A stretch of 64,000 bases of DNA from assembly GCF_009914755.1 (NCBI RefSeq), contig NC_060943.1. One strand, given 5' to 3'. This document shows, in pieces, positions 61,901 to 64,000 of this stretch. The position numbers were made by a program, and so were the translations under genes. Each line of letters begins with the position of its first letter. Position 1 is the first letter of the stretch. The DNA comes from the human T2T-CHM13v2.0 reference genome, Homo sapiens. The notes under the pieces were generated by a model. It had not been told where the DNA came from and made no database searches. It saw only the letters and a list, made by a program, of their open reading frames with translations.

Positions 61901-64000
61901 CATATACATCATGGGAACAGCACCAGGATGCGGGAGAACGACCCCTGCTTCTGTGGAGCTGACTCCCACACAATGACAGTGTCTCCTCGGAATCGCTTAT
62001 TCACTGACCCGGCCACTCAGACCTCGGCCGACTTCCCGGCATTTCTGATGACAGGGAGTTCCTACCCAGGGCACGCAGGCGGCAGAGCAGTTATTGTGAA
62101 AGAGTGAAAGACCGCGGTTCCACTGGAGAGGGGGAGGATGGAAGCACCAGAACTCCACCGCAGTGGCCAAAGTAAACAGGAAGGTTCCGAGGCAGCGATG
62201 GGTAATCTTTGCAGCCGGCAGGCCGGGCCCAAAGTGCTGCCCAGGCGACACTGATGCCCTGGGGGCTGGCGCCAACTTGAGCCTCAACACCCACTGTTAA
62301 GGACACACCCCAGACTTGGCCAACAGATGCGAAGTTCGGGTGCCCGGCCTGCTGCACCCAGGGGACTGTGGAGCGCTGAGGGGGGCACTCCCCGGAAGGG
62401 TGGAATAACAGAGTCTCTGCTGTTGTAGTAAAAAAGGAATCACAGATTCAGTAAGACGCTCAAGCCACGTCAACGGGAGGCAAGAAGTGGAGCCCCGGCC
62501 AACGCGTTTGACTTGTCAGGTCATGATAATTTATTAGCACAGCTAAGCCAATTCCATAGCCAAGGGTAACCACCCCCCTTCCCCCACACCACCTGGACTC
62601 TTTCCTTGGCCATTAGGACCAAAGAATTGAAGCTAATCAATTAGCTGTCTCTCTAGGAAGGGTGCCTGGCTGCAGAGGTTAAGTGACAGGCTCTCCAGAA
62701 TGTCTTAGAGTGAATAATCTGATTGGTCAGTGGCTCTCCCCCAACTTTATCCCAGCAAGTTCCTTCAAGGCACCAGGAATGCCTGCTGCTGGGAGGCCAC
62801 TTTTTTGGAACCTCTGGAATAGACGGCTGGAAATGAGCCGGGGGGCTGTGGTCTCAGGGATTTCCACTTCCCTGCACCTCTGGGACCACCCTGACACCCA
62901 CTCCCCAACAAAAGCCCAGGATAAAGGGGAACCTTCCAGGACTGTCCCGGAAAGAGCTGTCCGTCTCACTTCTGGGAAACCATCTGAAAGACAGCGGACG
63001 GAGGGATGGGCACGAGCGCTCCAAGGGCCATCTGGGGACAGTTAGGCTTGGGCAGAGGGCCTCAGCTGGGACACTGCCCTCTCTCCAGGCCAGCTGGCAG
63101 AGGGCACTTGGAACCAAAGGGCCAAAATCCCAAATCAGGCAAACCAGGCAGCCTCTCGAGGGCAGCTTCCCCGGGGCTTTCTCAACGCAGCGTGCGGTTC
63201 TCCCCAGGTGTGGGCTACAGCGGCCGCCGCCTGGCAAAGAGCCGCGAGCCAGCCTTGTTCCAACAGCTTCACACAATTCCTTCAGCCAATGTACCCCACT
63301 TCCTGCAAGCCCTGAAGGCAGGTCTTCAACAACCAGTTCATCTGAAGATTTCCCCTGGTCTTCTGGTGGGAATTCTCAATAGATGCCCTTCCTCTGGGAA
63401 CTTGGACTTCGCCCAGTGGTGGAATTACACCTGGAGTTCGGCTACTGCATCTAATTCCCTCGGAGGCAACGATCCCCTCCCATCCCAGGAGAGGAGAACA
63501 CTGAGGAGTCGTTTCCCCCTTCAGCCTAAATTGATTTTGAGGTCCTCCTGGGCTGAACACGTGCACGTGTGTGAGCCACACATGCACAAACAGGAAGAGG
63601 TGACGAGGCTTGGGCGATCCCATGGAGCGACGGCAACATGAGACCCAATAAAACCCCCTGCGGAATCTTCTCCCGCCAAGCCCAGTCGGGGCCCTCAGTG
63701 GTAACCACTGAATTAGAATGTAAGAGATGGGGAAAGACAGGTGCCCCTCTGTGACAGTCCTCTGAAGCGGAGAGCTGCCCACCCAGAAGGCAGGGGCCTC
63801 TCACTAACAGGTACACCGGGTCCTGGTCCCCTGACTGCTGGCACACTGGGGCTAGGGGCCAGCACCTCCACCCCTCTTCTGGCTCCATCTGTCCTCGTCC
63901 CTCTGACCCAAGGCACAATGACAAAGCGATGAGAAGGCACTCAATGAATTTCTCTCTGGAAACTCTCTAAGAGTGGTGTGTAGACCACCTGGAAATGCAA

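Overview
Primate, most likely human, genomic DNA containing most of MLLT1 (ENL; human chr19p13.3, recognised from the protein sequence) on the minus strand. Eleven coding exons (exons 2-12) splice with GT-AG junctions into an uninterrupted 1668-nt frame (555 codons plus TGA at 1224-1226). The frame encodes the YEATS acyl-lysine reader, a Lys/Ser/Pro-rich disordered linker and the C-terminal AHD. Exon 1 (MDNQ, from memory of the known protein) and the promoter lie beyond 64000; the 3'UTR runs off the left edge. Introns are GC-rich unique sequence except for an AT-rich nested transposon stack at about 32.7-46.7 kb (old L1, Alu, MLT2, MER21, MER2, Tigger4a, Charlie1, MER82) and an Alu cluster at 51-55.6 kb. 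Repeat family names come from recalled consensus sequences and repeat boundaries are approximate. I found no second gene and no wholly new biological system. The best leads are a 22-nt duplication of the exon 10 donor, an atypical exon 7 acceptor with an in-frame alternative, three Alus stacked at one target site, a near-consensus CTCF site, and clustered FOX:ETS and paired-homeodomain motifs in intron 1.
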